Assembly (NCBI GenBank): GCA_038886995.1
Contig: JAWALG010000014.1
Location: 1-24,481 of the forward strand
DNA from: Candidatus Iainarchaeum sp.
GTDB taxonomy: Archaea; Iainarchaeota; Iainarchaeia; Iainarchaeales; DTGL01
DNA length: 24,481 nt
Direction of reading: 5' to 3'
How positions within the stretch are numbered: the stretch's first letter is position 1; each line of letters opens with the position of its first letter. Both the position numbers and the translations under genes were made by a program. Shown here one piece after another: positions 7,401-15,474 of the stretch. The notes under the pieces were generated by a model that saw only the letters and a list, made by a program, of their open reading frames with translations, made no database searches and was not told where the DNA came from.

Positions 7401-9543
7401 AGCTAAGAACTTACACTCCATTAAACTTGTTCTGTATCCTAAAGGCCCCGACTCCGGTATTGAAATGAGCTTCATTGATATTTGCAACGACTGGCAATGC
7501 AAAGAGAAAGTGTCTGTTGTAGCTTCTGATGCAAATGCTGAAAGATATTATTATGCCAAATTTTACCTTAAGCTTTTTGCAAATGAGAGCACAAACATTT
7601 ATTCTTACCTAAGGGCCGGTCTTGAAAGCCAGGAAGCCCTCCCTGCTGAGAATTACAAGATCAAAATAATGGAAGTTAGGGCTCCAGGAGCCAAAATTTT
7701 CTACGCCACTTGCTACAATCCCTCAAACAAGTATGAAATAAAAACAAACTGCATTGCTGGAATTAACTCTGGATCGAAAATGGTTTTGCTTCAGTGGAAT
7801 AAGCTTTCAGGTCAAAATGGCGTAATTGTGCCAATAATGTTAAAGTTTGGCGTTGAAAAAGGTCTTGGCACAAACGAAAAGCTAGAATTGAGGTACGCTG
7901 CCAAGGCCATTCAGTTTGGTACTGAACGCAAAACAGATGAAAAACTGCTTACCTTGGTTGTTGGTGATCAGATTTGCACTGAAAAGAAAATAGTTTGGCA
8001 CTTCAAGTTATATATCAGCAATAGCTTAGTCAAAGACGGGCTTACTGAAAGGGTTGCAACAGACCTTAACTTAGGCAAAGAATATATGCTTCACTACTCG
8101 ATAAAAAATTGCACTGATGTTGATTACACTGGGGCAAAACTTGAAGTTTGGGATGAAAATGTCGCAAACGCAATTTCATTCCCAGATTTCACTACGCCTA
8201 AGCCACACACCCTTTATGCTAGCATACCTTCTTTAAAGCCAGGTCAGACGCTTGAAGATAAGGTTAAAATAAAAGCAGCAAATATAGCGGAATTTACAAG
8301 AATAATATTCAAGCTTTCAAAGGGTGCGGATGTTCCAACGAATGGCACGGCTATTGTTCTGTTCAGAATAATTTCCACAAAGGAGATGAGGTTCGAAGGT
8401 TTACCACAAAGCCTACCGCCAAATGTTCTTATAAACATCACAGGTTATCTAAAAGACACTAGAACAGGTGCTGGCATAGCGAATGCCACTGTTGAGATTT
8501 CACTCAACGATGCTGTGCTTGGGACCGTTACAACTGAAGCAAATGGGCGCTTTACATATGTACAGCCAGCAGGTACTGCCTTACCAAAGCCAAATGATGT
8601 TGTTAAACTAAAAGGAACACACCCAGATTATGCAATGGCCTTAGCAACAATCCCCGTTAGGCAAGGTGGCTATGTAGGAATATCATGCATAACGATAAAG
8701 CCATCTGAACCCATAAAGCTCAACAAAGGTGAATCAAGCAAAGTTACAGTTATAACTAAGAACTGCCCAGAAGGTGTAGCTGTTAAGCTCGATTCACCAC
8801 TTTCTTTGTCGCAAAAAGAGTTTACTATGGGCACAGATGAGACAAAAGAAATTCCATTTACTGCTACTGGCCAAACAGTTTCTCAAGGAGTTTATCCGAT
8901 TTATGCAAGTGCAAGATTCATCAGTGCTTTAACTTACAAAAATATTGGAGTAGTGGATGTAATTGTTAACGATCCAAACTCCTGTTTTGTGATGGACAAT
9001 TACATTTACGATATGAAAAGCGGCAGAGCTACAGGCATAATAAGGAACAAGTGCCTTTATGCTAACAATGACCCCGACATGCCACTGATAACAATAGCAA
9101 ATAATTCTGTTGAACTTAAGTATGCTGATAAGCCGGTTAGTATAACGTTCAAATGGCGTATAAAATCAGAGGCTTCGGAGAATGGTTCAAAAAACATTAG
9201 CATTACTTCTTATGAGGCAACTTCTACAATTAATCTTACAACCACTTATGTTGCTGATTTGGCTGAATTTAATGCAGAGGATTATATAAAAGGCAATGCT
9301 TCTAAGGGTGTAAAAGGACTCAAACAGGCACCCGGCTATAGTGGTGGCAAATTATGCAATGTCAAGTTTGTTCCAGAAAGCGATGACAATCGCGTGATTG
9401 TTTGGATTGAAGGTTCAAAAATCATGGGTAGGTTTATAGGTGAACGCGAAGACCGCGGCGAATATAACTTCACTTTAATAAATAAAGGTGTGAAGAACAC
9501 AATGTATACATTCATTAGTATTGATGATTATGTGGTAAGGTGA
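4486..9543 (+). CDS. 1685-aa surface protein with N-terminal membrane anchor, multiple carboxypeptidase-regulatory-like beta-sandwich domains and four tandem PKD domains
   Basis: SD GGAAGGTG 5 nt before the ATG. A hydrophilic N-terminal ~42 aa precedes the TM segment FPSFILFILLLVFLLTWFFILPLL. Repeated V.D....P[IV]SGA.V......T...G motifs occur, with four PLTV.FD.S.SFDPDG.I..Y.W.F.DG units. Confidence 0.88.
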   Translation: MSITEKLKSFYYIFEDRYYDVLDRVNKVVPVYKVIDPIDRHFPSFILFILLLVFLLTWFFILPLLTPPQEYEFITHIEVLDNETKSPISGAEVIIKPTSVEGLSTITLTTDSKGLATFNFKTKRKIESMEAKVSISKKDSNYDEIKNKDVVLVNAEKKVFSLRKPGLVFKGAIEIHVLKDSPGSEAIRDRQITITFACQRGSPPANINKHGSEQPFKVERPLGCEGLSATASAQGFNPATLSLEGKEIAIFKLAPLQQIEEKGILEVTVNEHDDSLAKDVVVRVYDATTSSMVAQKTTTEGGTALFEALRAGYYDVSAIASDSRTASKQNVRVIANEKTQVGLKLNRPEPRINYKIFLKVIDSNSRAIISGAEVIIYMDQFYLDSLISDENGLVNYRINETDRNKSFKITVRHPNYSILTISVPVLEASASVPTEIELTALAEYETTYVPVAIIKANKYYGSAPLTVEFDASKSFDPDGTIKSYEWDFGDGNKETGVARVHTYASKGIYFVKLRVIDESNLMGEASTMIQVGLDSYAPVPIIIADKYYGEVPLTVSFDASSSFDPDGTIVKYTWRFCDGNTSNEQKPTHTYYNPGNYVVSLTVEDNQGKKSIAYQLIQVRKKPDISELYAPIAIFTADKYFGVPPLTVSFDASKSFDPDGTIKSYEWDFGDGTTATGKIAAHVFTNKGTYLVKLRVTDQNDLSGESSVIIQVGLESYRPIAIIRADRYAGKAPLTVNFDGSYSFDPDGVIVSYLWEFDDGNTATGPTTIRTFETEGIHKVSLTVTDNNNKSDEAEIYIQVGKIPTLTIGKVLVRVVDLDGRPVSGAAVYLYREDLPFTLNTPGYAIYTDSNGQYLYDCVEPSIKAYYAKAMKDNLFGESNRELVSAGMLVTLTIVMSEDYGEIEATVVDQNENKISGADVIIYNETGTVEARCKTGLSGTCSSGPIKAGKIVYAAASKENYMGSYSEQFQVIAKNLHSIKLVLYPKGPDSGIEMSFIDICNDWQCKEKVSVVASDANAERYYYAKFYLKLFANESTNIYSYLRAGLESQEALPAENYKIKIMEVRAPGAKIFYATCYNPSNKYEIKTNCIAGINSGSKMVLLQWNKLSGQNGVIVPIMLKFGVEKGLGTNEKLELRYAAKAIQFGTERKTDEKLLTLVVGDQICTEKKIVWHFKLYISNSLVKDGLTERVATDLNLGKEYMLHYSIKNCTDVDYTGAKLEVWDENVANAISFPDFTTPKPHTLYASIPSLKPGQTLEDKVKIKAANIAEFTRIIFKLSKGADVPTNGTAIVLFRIISTKEMRFEGLPQSLPPNVLINITGYLKDTRTGAGIANATVEISLNDAVLGTVTTEANGRFTYVQPAGTALPKPNDVVKLKGTHPDYAMALATIPVRQGGYVGISCITIKPSEPIKLNKGESSKVTVITKNCPEGVAVKLDSPLSLSQKEFTMGTDETKEIPFTATGQTVSQGVYPIYASARFISALTYKNIGVVDVIVNDPNSCFVMDNYIYDMKSGRATGIIRNKCLYANNDPDMPLITIANNSVELKYADKPVSITFKWRIKSEASENGSKNISITSYEATSTINLTTTYVADLAEFNAEDYIKGNASKGVKGLKQAPGYSGGKLCNVKFVPESDDNRVIVWIEGSKIMGRFIGEREDRGEYNFTLINKGVKNTMYTFISIDDYVVR
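5830..6897 (+). repeat. Four tandem PKD-domain coding repeats (~90 aa each; starts near 5830, 6100, 6379, 6643)
   Basis: Visible at protein level and partly at DNA level: tttgatgcatcaaagagctttgaccc is shared by units 1 and 3. Confidence 0.92.
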
Positions 9544-9547
9544 GAAG

Positions 9548-12500
9548 ATGACTACAAAACTTGTGTTTTTCTTATTTTTAGCAGTTGTCATATGTACAAG
9601 TGCTTTAGCTGGTGATCTTACAGTTACGGTAAATCCCAACCCATTCGAACAAGGGGGTCTTACAACATTTACAATATATCTTCCACAAAATGAAACAGTT
9701 AGGGCCCTCACCATTGATTTCTATTCTGGGAATCAGTTCTTATTCCAAGTTTCCCCAAGGATAACTACCCCCACAAGCCTTTATGGGTGGAATGGCTGCA
9801 ATCCAAGCAACAACCAGTGCCTTGCACCAGGAACTTATTCATATGTAGTTAAGGCTGGTTGTGGTTGTGGTGGTCGAAATACGTATGAAGCCCGTGGTAC
9901 CGTAACAATAGTGGCTTCTGGCGGCGGCACGCAACCACCCAGTGGCTGCTATGCTACTGAAAGCGAGTGCAAGAATAACAATCTGAGTAAATGCAACTGT
10001 ACACAAGCGGTTAATTGCCAATACGACTCATCAAACAAATGTTATATTTTTAGTAATTGTGATAATTCAAAATGTAGCTCAGGCGGTGGAGGCGGCACGC
10101 AACCACCAACGACAAAGGTTTCAATGATCTCCTTTTTGCAGATGATTGGTCAATGCGGTGCAATAAACTACGCAGCAATTGCAGAATGCCCCACACAGGG
10201 ACCCACCGCATATCCTGATGAAGGCAAACAGGGCTATTGGTGTAAGGTTACAAATGTTGGTTCTCCCGGGCAAGCAGGTGCTATAAGGTATTGGGCTCTT
10301 TTAAGAAATGACCCAAACAATCCTTATGATGACCTCTCATATGAAATATATATATTCTATGCTAAAAAGGTTTGTCAAAACCCGCCACAGGCTGATACTG
10401 TTGGTTGTGAAGAGTGCGTATTATTTTTTGAGAACATGAATCGTATTCATGAGATACCTAAATCAGTAAGCGATGGTGCCATAGCAACATTGCGGAATCA
10501 TCAAAGTTGTGGCGGCGGAGGTGGCGGCGGTGGTACTCCAGGACCAGGCCCTGGCCCAGGCCCAAGTACGCCATCACCGCCTTCACAGGAGCCACCCGTA
10601 ACTGAGAAAGGGATAACAGTAGATGTTAGGCCGAATCCATTCCAGCAAGGCAGCACAACAACGTTTACTGTTACTACTACAACAGCGCAAGCAGTATCTC
10701 AGATCTATATTGAAATTTATGACCTCACTGGGAGTAAGGTTTATGATAGCGGTTGGGTGAACGGAAATAAGCTAACTTGGGATGGTGTTGGTAACTATGG
10801 TAGATGGAATGGCGTTGCACTGAGGGCCCAAGCATATATCTTTATGGTGACAGCAAAGATCGGCTCTGAAACAAAAGGGCCTGCAAAAGGATTTGTATAC
10901 ATAGTAGCAGCAGGTGGCGGAGGTGGCGGTGGCGGACCAACACAGTCGCCTCCACCAGGTGCTAGTCAACCACCAGGGCAGTCCCCGGGACAGAGTCCAG
11001 GGGCCCCAACACAAGTACCACCAGGCACCGAGTGTCAAACAAATGCTGACTGCGTTTGCAATGATGCTTGCTATAACGGGCGCTGTATACACCCCGAGCT
11101 TACAATAAATGTTAGCGCAAACACTTTGCTTGCATATACTGGGCAACCCTTAGAGACAACAATTGTATGGACTATAACAAATGCTGGTGAGGATGCCGCA
11201 GTTATTAAAGATGTTAAGCCTAGTGGCTGCGATGGTGTAACTTGTGAGCTTCAGATACAGGCAGGAACAACTATAAAAATAGCCGGCAATGACCAAGCCA
11301 CTAAAAGAAAAGATTCTAAAATAATATTAGAAGGTAATGAATCTAGTGACTTAGACAAAGGGTCAAAAATAAACTTGCAGGGCGACTTCAAGTTTGACTA
11401 TGGGGAAGTTGAAGTTGGTCTGGAATGGAAAGCAGTGAATCTGAAGAACACATATAATAGCCCTATTGTTGTAGCAAAACCCATCGAATCATGTTCAGGG
11501 AATGGTGAAACACAATGCGATAAAGTTGTTGTGAGGATCAAAGGCATACAATCTAACTCTTTCGAGGTTAAATTGCAGAAATGGGGTAAAGATGATGATA
11601 AGCCCTTGACACGCAACTATAAAGTACAGTATTTAGTTTTGGAAGAAGGGCACTATAATGATGTCTCTGGGCTAGAAATTGAGGCGGGCAAGTTTAAAAC
11701 AAATCACAGCGGCAGTTTGATATCTTTTAAGAAGAATTTCCAAAAAACCCCTGTGTTAATTACAAGCATAACCTCTTTTAATGATGCCCAGCCAGCAGTT
11801 ACTAGGAATTTTAACCCTTGCAAGAATGGAACACAATACTATCCCGGCGCATGGGTCTTAAATTGTGGCGAAACTGACTTTATAACAAAAATACAAGAAA
11901 TAAAGCTTCGAAACCTCACTAACCTTGGGCATGCATTTGAAGACATACATTACATCGCGATAAGTCCAGGAAAAGCAGAGATTAATGGAACACAATGGGA
12001 AGTAAGGTGGATCCATAATATTACTGATGAGGGTTCAACGATATATTACGAAACTGACTTTCCAGAAACACCCATTGTTATTGCCGATGTTCAAACAACC
12101 AATGAAGACCAAGCGGTAATGTTAAGATATTATAAAAAGGAAAGGGACTCCATACACTTTTTCCTAGCTGAGGAAGATTCAAGGCCTCGCATATGTTGGG
12201 GCTGCAATTGGTGGGCTCACAAACCAGAAGAAGTTGGCTATATTGCAATAGCCAAAACGGGCTCAACAGGCCTTAAAGCAGTCATTGAAACTGACAAGGA
12301 TGGCTGCACATGTCCACCTTGCACGATAAACTTTGATGGCTCAAAAAGCACGGGAAACATTGTTAGCTACGAATGGGATTTCGGTGACAATAATGCAAAG
12401 GCAACAGGCCAAAAAACATCGTATACTTATACAAAAAATGGCACTTACACAGTTAAACTAACTGTGAAAGATTCCAATGGGAATAGCGCGAGCGCAACAA

Positions 12501-14197
12501 AAACAATAACAGTAAGCGACTGCACACAACCAATAAAAGGAACTGTTATAGAGCCAGGAAAAAGCATAAAAATAATACAAAAGGTAAAAGGCCTTAAGCC
12601 AGGAAAATATGAATTTGACTTACAAGTCTCATATACGGACCTATTCAATGCTGCAAACAAACAAGCAAACGAGTGGAAAAAGATAACAGTTGAGGTTGCA
12701 AAGCTAGGAAGCGAAAAGTTCTCTGTAAAGCTAGTTGGTGAAGAGCAGGACTACTGTGTAGGCCCCAATGGCCTATTTGGTATCACCGGAAAGGCAGCAC
12801 TGCCAAAGGTACGATTCTCTTGGCAGTTCGAGGGTGATGCCGCAATAAAAATTGATGAATGCGATGATAAAGGAACATCTGACTTTATCTATTGTGACCC
12901 AACACAATTTTCCATAGAGCTTGCCCAAAAGCTCAAAAAAATATATGAGCTAGCATCAAGCAAAAGATATGCCGAAGCAAAGGCATACCAATCATTTAAG
13001 GCGCATCTAATGGGCGACAATTACTCAGAAAACTTCCAAAAGGACTTCGTAAAGGCATACACCGAGGGATTCCTTAAAGCGCCAACTTGGTTTATTTCGG
13101 GTGCAACGCCTTGGAGCAAATATTTCTCTGATCCAAGCGCATTGAGCTTTGAGCCAAGGCAAATAGATAGTGGCCTTTACCTTGTCACTATGGATATAAA
13201 TTTCAAAACTGAGGATTGGGTGTTTTTCAGGGAAGGCAAACCAGATGCTAAAATTACAGTCAAATTTGAAAAGTTGCGCGATGCTGCAGCAGATGTTGAA
13301 GAATTGCCATTCTACTACCTTCCATTCAATGGGCTTGTTGGAAAAGATGGCAGAACAGATTACGGCCTTGGCTATACAAACCAAGGCACCCCAATTGTAA
13401 TAAGTGTTGTTGGTAGTGCAGACAAGGTTGATACAAGCGTACCGAGAGGAAGATTGCAGCTAAGCACAGCAGCTTATTCTGAGCTTAAAGATATTTTGGA
13501 TGCACAAAGCAAGCTTTTCAAGGCAGATTTATCGGCCAAGAAGATTGAACTCTACAATAGCCAACCAATGCCTGTGCTCATGGGAATAAAGAGCAAAGAT
13601 GGCCGCGGAGAATGTTTCTATAAAATTTACAGCTTACAGTCAGCAGTTGGCTCCGGGTTCGATGGAATAACCTACTGGACAGGCATGGCAGCATCGCCAG
13701 ACCTTAATTGCCGCGACTTTACAGGCCAAGAGCTACCTTTAAAGAGAAAAGATACACAGGCGGCTCTAATTGATAGCAGTTGCGCAGCTAAGAAGAACAA
13801 TCTGCCGGCATTTGGCTTTTACTGGGGCGGTGTGCCTAACAACCAAAGTATGTTCCTAAGCACTATATTCTACACACCGTATGGCAAGAAGATGAGTATC
13901 TCTAATGCTTGCAGCTCGGATGTTTGCTTGTTGGCTTCAAAGTCAGGTATAACAAGAGATGTTGGGCAAAGCTTAAGTTTGGATAGTTTACTTAAAGCCG
14001 AAACATTGAGCGAAATAATACCGCTAATCGAACAAGAGTATGTTTGTGTTGTTCCAGAGCTTTCAGGAGTGCACCCATCTCAGAACAGCTATGTTTTCTT
14101 TTGGAATGAGCAAAAACTTCTGAAGGACTTAGAAATAGCAAAGACAAGGATTGCTACTGAATGGGGCTTTAACTGGCAGAACTATAAATGCGATTAA
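9548..14197 (+). CDS. 1549-aa secreted mosaic surface protein: signal peptide, two FlgD/T9SS-CTD-like Ig domains, Cys-rich modules, Gly/Pro linkers, three H-type-lectin-like repeats, PKD domain, large Cys-containing C-terminal region
   Basis: SD AAGGTGA overlaps the upstream stop, with a 4-nt gap to the ATG. Signal peptide MTTKLVFFLFLAVVICTSALA|G; two PNPF...W[ND]G units; PKD FDGSKS.GNIVSYEWDFGD...GTYTVKLTVKD; no C-terminal TM segment. Confidence 0.85.
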   Translation: MTTKLVFFLFLAVVICTSALAGDLTVTVNPNPFEQGGLTTFTIYLPQNETVRALTIDFYSGNQFLFQVSPRITTPTSLYGWNGCNPSNNQCLAPGTYSYVVKAGCGCGGRNTYEARGTVTIVASGGGTQPPSGCYATESECKNNNLSKCNCTQAVNCQYDSSNKCYIFSNCDNSKCSSGGGGGTQPPTTKVSMISFLQMIGQCGAINYAAIAECPTQGPTAYPDEGKQGYWCKVTNVGSPGQAGAIRYWALLRNDPNNPYDDLSYEIYIFYAKKVCQNPPQADTVGCEECVLFFENMNRIHEIPKSVSDGAIATLRNHQSCGGGGGGGGTPGPGPGPGPSTPSPPSQEPPVTEKGITVDVRPNPFQQGSTTTFTVTTTTAQAVSQIYIEIYDLTGSKVYDSGWVNGNKLTWDGVGNYGRWNGVALRAQAYIFMVTAKIGSETKGPAKGFVYIVAAGGGGGGGGPTQSPPPGASQPPGQSPGQSPGAPTQVPPGTECQTNADCVCNDACYNGRCIHPELTINVSANTLLAYTGQPLETTIVWTITNAGEDAAVIKDVKPSGCDGVTCELQIQAGTTIKIAGNDQATKRKDSKIILEGNESSDLDKGSKINLQGDFKFDYGEVEVGLEWKAVNLKNTYNSPIVVAKPIESCSGNGETQCDKVVVRIKGIQSNSFEVKLQKWGKDDDKPLTRNYKVQYLVLEEGHYNDVSGLEIEAGKFKTNHSGSLISFKKNFQKTPVLITSITSFNDAQPAVTRNFNPCKNGTQYYPGAWVLNCGETDFITKIQEIKLRNLTNLGHAFEDIHYIAISPGKAEINGTQWEVRWIHNITDEGSTIYYETDFPETPIVIADVQTTNEDQAVMLRYYKKERDSIHFFLAEEDSRPRICWGCNWWAHKPEEVGYIAIAKTGSTGLKAVIETDKDGCTCPPCTINFDGSKSTGNIVSYEWDFGDNNAKATGQKTSYTYTKNGTYTVKLTVKDSNGNSASATKTITVSDCTQPIKGTVIEPGKSIKIIQKVKGLKPGKYEFDLQVSYTDLFNAANKQANEWKKITVEVAKLGSEKFSVKLVGEEQDYCVGPNGLFGITGKAALPKVRFSWQFEGDAAIKIDECDDKGTSDFIYCDPTQFSIELAQKLKKIYELASSKRYAEAKAYQSFKAHLMGDNYSENFQKDFVKAYTEGFLKAPTWFISGATPWSKYFSDPSALSFEPRQIDSGLYLVTMDINFKTEDWVFFREGKPDAKITVKFEKLRDAAADVEELPFYYLPFNGLVGKDGRTDYGLGYTNQGTPIVISVVGSADKVDTSVPRGRLQLSTAAYSELKDILDAQSKLFKADLSAKKIELYNSQPMPVLMGIKSKDGRGECFYKIYSLQSAVGSGFDGITYWTGMAASPDLNCRDFTGQELPLKRKDTQAALIDSSCAAKKNNLPAFGFYWGGVPNNQSMFLSTIFYTPYGKKMSISNACSSDVCLLASKSGITRDVGQSLSLDSLLKAETLSEIIPLIEQEYVCVVPELSGVHPSQNSYVFFWNEQKLLKDLEIAKTRIATEWGFNWQNYKCD

Positions 14198-14211
14198 ATT
14201 TACAGAGAGAA

Positions 14212-15414
14212 CTAAGTGCTAAAGCGCTTCTCAAGGGCTTTTTTTACCTTATTAACGTCCAAACCAAGACGTATAATCCTGCTTTGCCCCTTAAAACCTT
14301 TCCCAGAACTTGTTGTTAATATTATTCCGTAAGTTTCTAACTCCCCAATATACTCTTGAAACCACCTTATGCTTACAGGCGCAACATTAAAGCTGGATGC
14401 AACCTTCTTGTATTCATCGTATATTTCCCCAGAGCAAAGCGCATGCTCATCATCAAACCTTTTTATCCCTTTTTTATCAGAAGTTAGCCTTGCAATAGCG
14501 TATATAACTAGCTGTTGCTGCTCAGGCAAAGTTGAGATCATATCTATTGCGATTTCCTCCTCAACTTCGCATTTGGCTTTTCTAACCTCAGCATCCGTTA
14601 CCTTTTTGAGCATTTCTTTTTCAGCCAATTCACCAGCACGAAGTAAGAGCATGACAGCAGCCCTAGCGTCGCCTGACTCTTGAGCAGCGACTGCTGCAGC
14701 ATATTTAATTGCTGACTCATCAACAACACCCTTCTTAAAAGCAATCTTTACCCTATCACGAAGTATTTCAGCAAGCTCCTCAGCATTGTAAGGTGGGAAT
14801 ACAATCTCCCTTTCGCACAAAGAGCTTTTTGTTCTAGCATCTAAGCGCTCTTTGAATGTTATCTGGTTGCTTATCCCAATCATTGAAACAGACCCTTTTT
14901 TTAGCTCTTCGTTTGCCCTGGTCAATGCGTAGATGAGTTCGTCAAGATCCTTTACTTTATCAATCTCATCCATCGCAACAATTAACTTTGCCTGATTTTT
15001 TTCACAGTAGCTCAAAAGGTTTTCATAAACAAATGTGCCACTATACCCAATTATGTCCTTTTCAGGCAAGAGCTTTTGTACAACATTGCTCAAAACCTTG
15101 TACTTGCTGTTGTATTGCCTGCAATTTGCATATATAGTTCTTATGCTTAAGCAATTTTTATTTGCAAAATCTTCGAGCTGGTTTAGTACATATTTCGTGC
15201 AGCTTGTCTTGCCAGTCCCAGGCTTACCATAAATGAAAAGATTTGTTGGCCTATCGCCTTTTGCACAAGCGCTTAGGACTGAAACCATGCCTTCGATCTG
15301 CTTTTCCCTAAATGGAAGCTTTTCTGGAAGGTATGATGGCAGCAGTATGTTTCTGTTTTCGAAAATTTCGCTTTCAAATGCACATTTATCAAATATGTTG
15401 CCCATAGCCCCCAT
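14212..15414 (-). CDS. cdc6: Orc1/Cdc6 family replication initiator (AAA+ ATPase plus winged helix)
   Basis: IFENRNILLPSYLPEKLPFREKQI, Walker A GKPGTGKT, Walker B AMDEID, FPPYNAEEL, GDAR sensor and a C-terminal wH domain. The start is ATG15414 or ATG15405 rather than the track's TTG15432. Confidence 0.95.
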   Translation of the reverse strand: MGAMGNIFDKCAFESEIFENRNILLPSYLPEKLPFREKQIEGMVSVLSACAKGDRPTNLFIYGKPGTGKTSCTKYVLNQLEDFANKNCLSIRTIYANCRQYNSKYKVLSNVVQKLLPEKDIIGYSGTFVYENLLSYCEKNQAKLIVAMDEIDKVKDLDELIYALTRANEELKKGSVSMIGISNQITFKERLDARTKSSLCEREIVFPPYNAEELAEILRDRVKIAFKKGVVDESAIKYAAAVAAQESGDARAAVMLLLRAGELAEKEMLKKVTDAEVRKAKCEVEEEIAIDMISTLPEQQQLVIYAIARLTSDKKGIKRFDDEHALCSGEIYDEYKKVASSFNVAPVSIRWFQEYIGELETYGIILTTSSGKGFKGQSRIIRLGLDVNKVKKALEKRFST

Positions 15415-15474
15415 AAATACTAAAATTAACAAAAATATAAAATCACAAATGGTTCGGAATTCAAGACAATGCTC

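Noticed and set aside
10508-10565. GGC/GGT and CCAGG runs as microsatellites or phase-variation tracts
   Set aside because: Mixed synonymous codons encode Gly and Gly-Pro linkers in frame; there is no pure tract that would frameshift.
9614-10906. Evidence for a real type IX secretion system or bacterial contamination
   Set aside because: The domains are N-terminal or internal rather than C-terminal, no T9SS genes are present, and the gene has the same SD pattern as the contiguous archaeal core genes.
803-13384. Numerous short minus-strand and off-frame ORFs overlapping the surface-protein and hel308 genes
   Set aside because: They are shadows of long, motif-supported CDSs and show no recognisable motifs.
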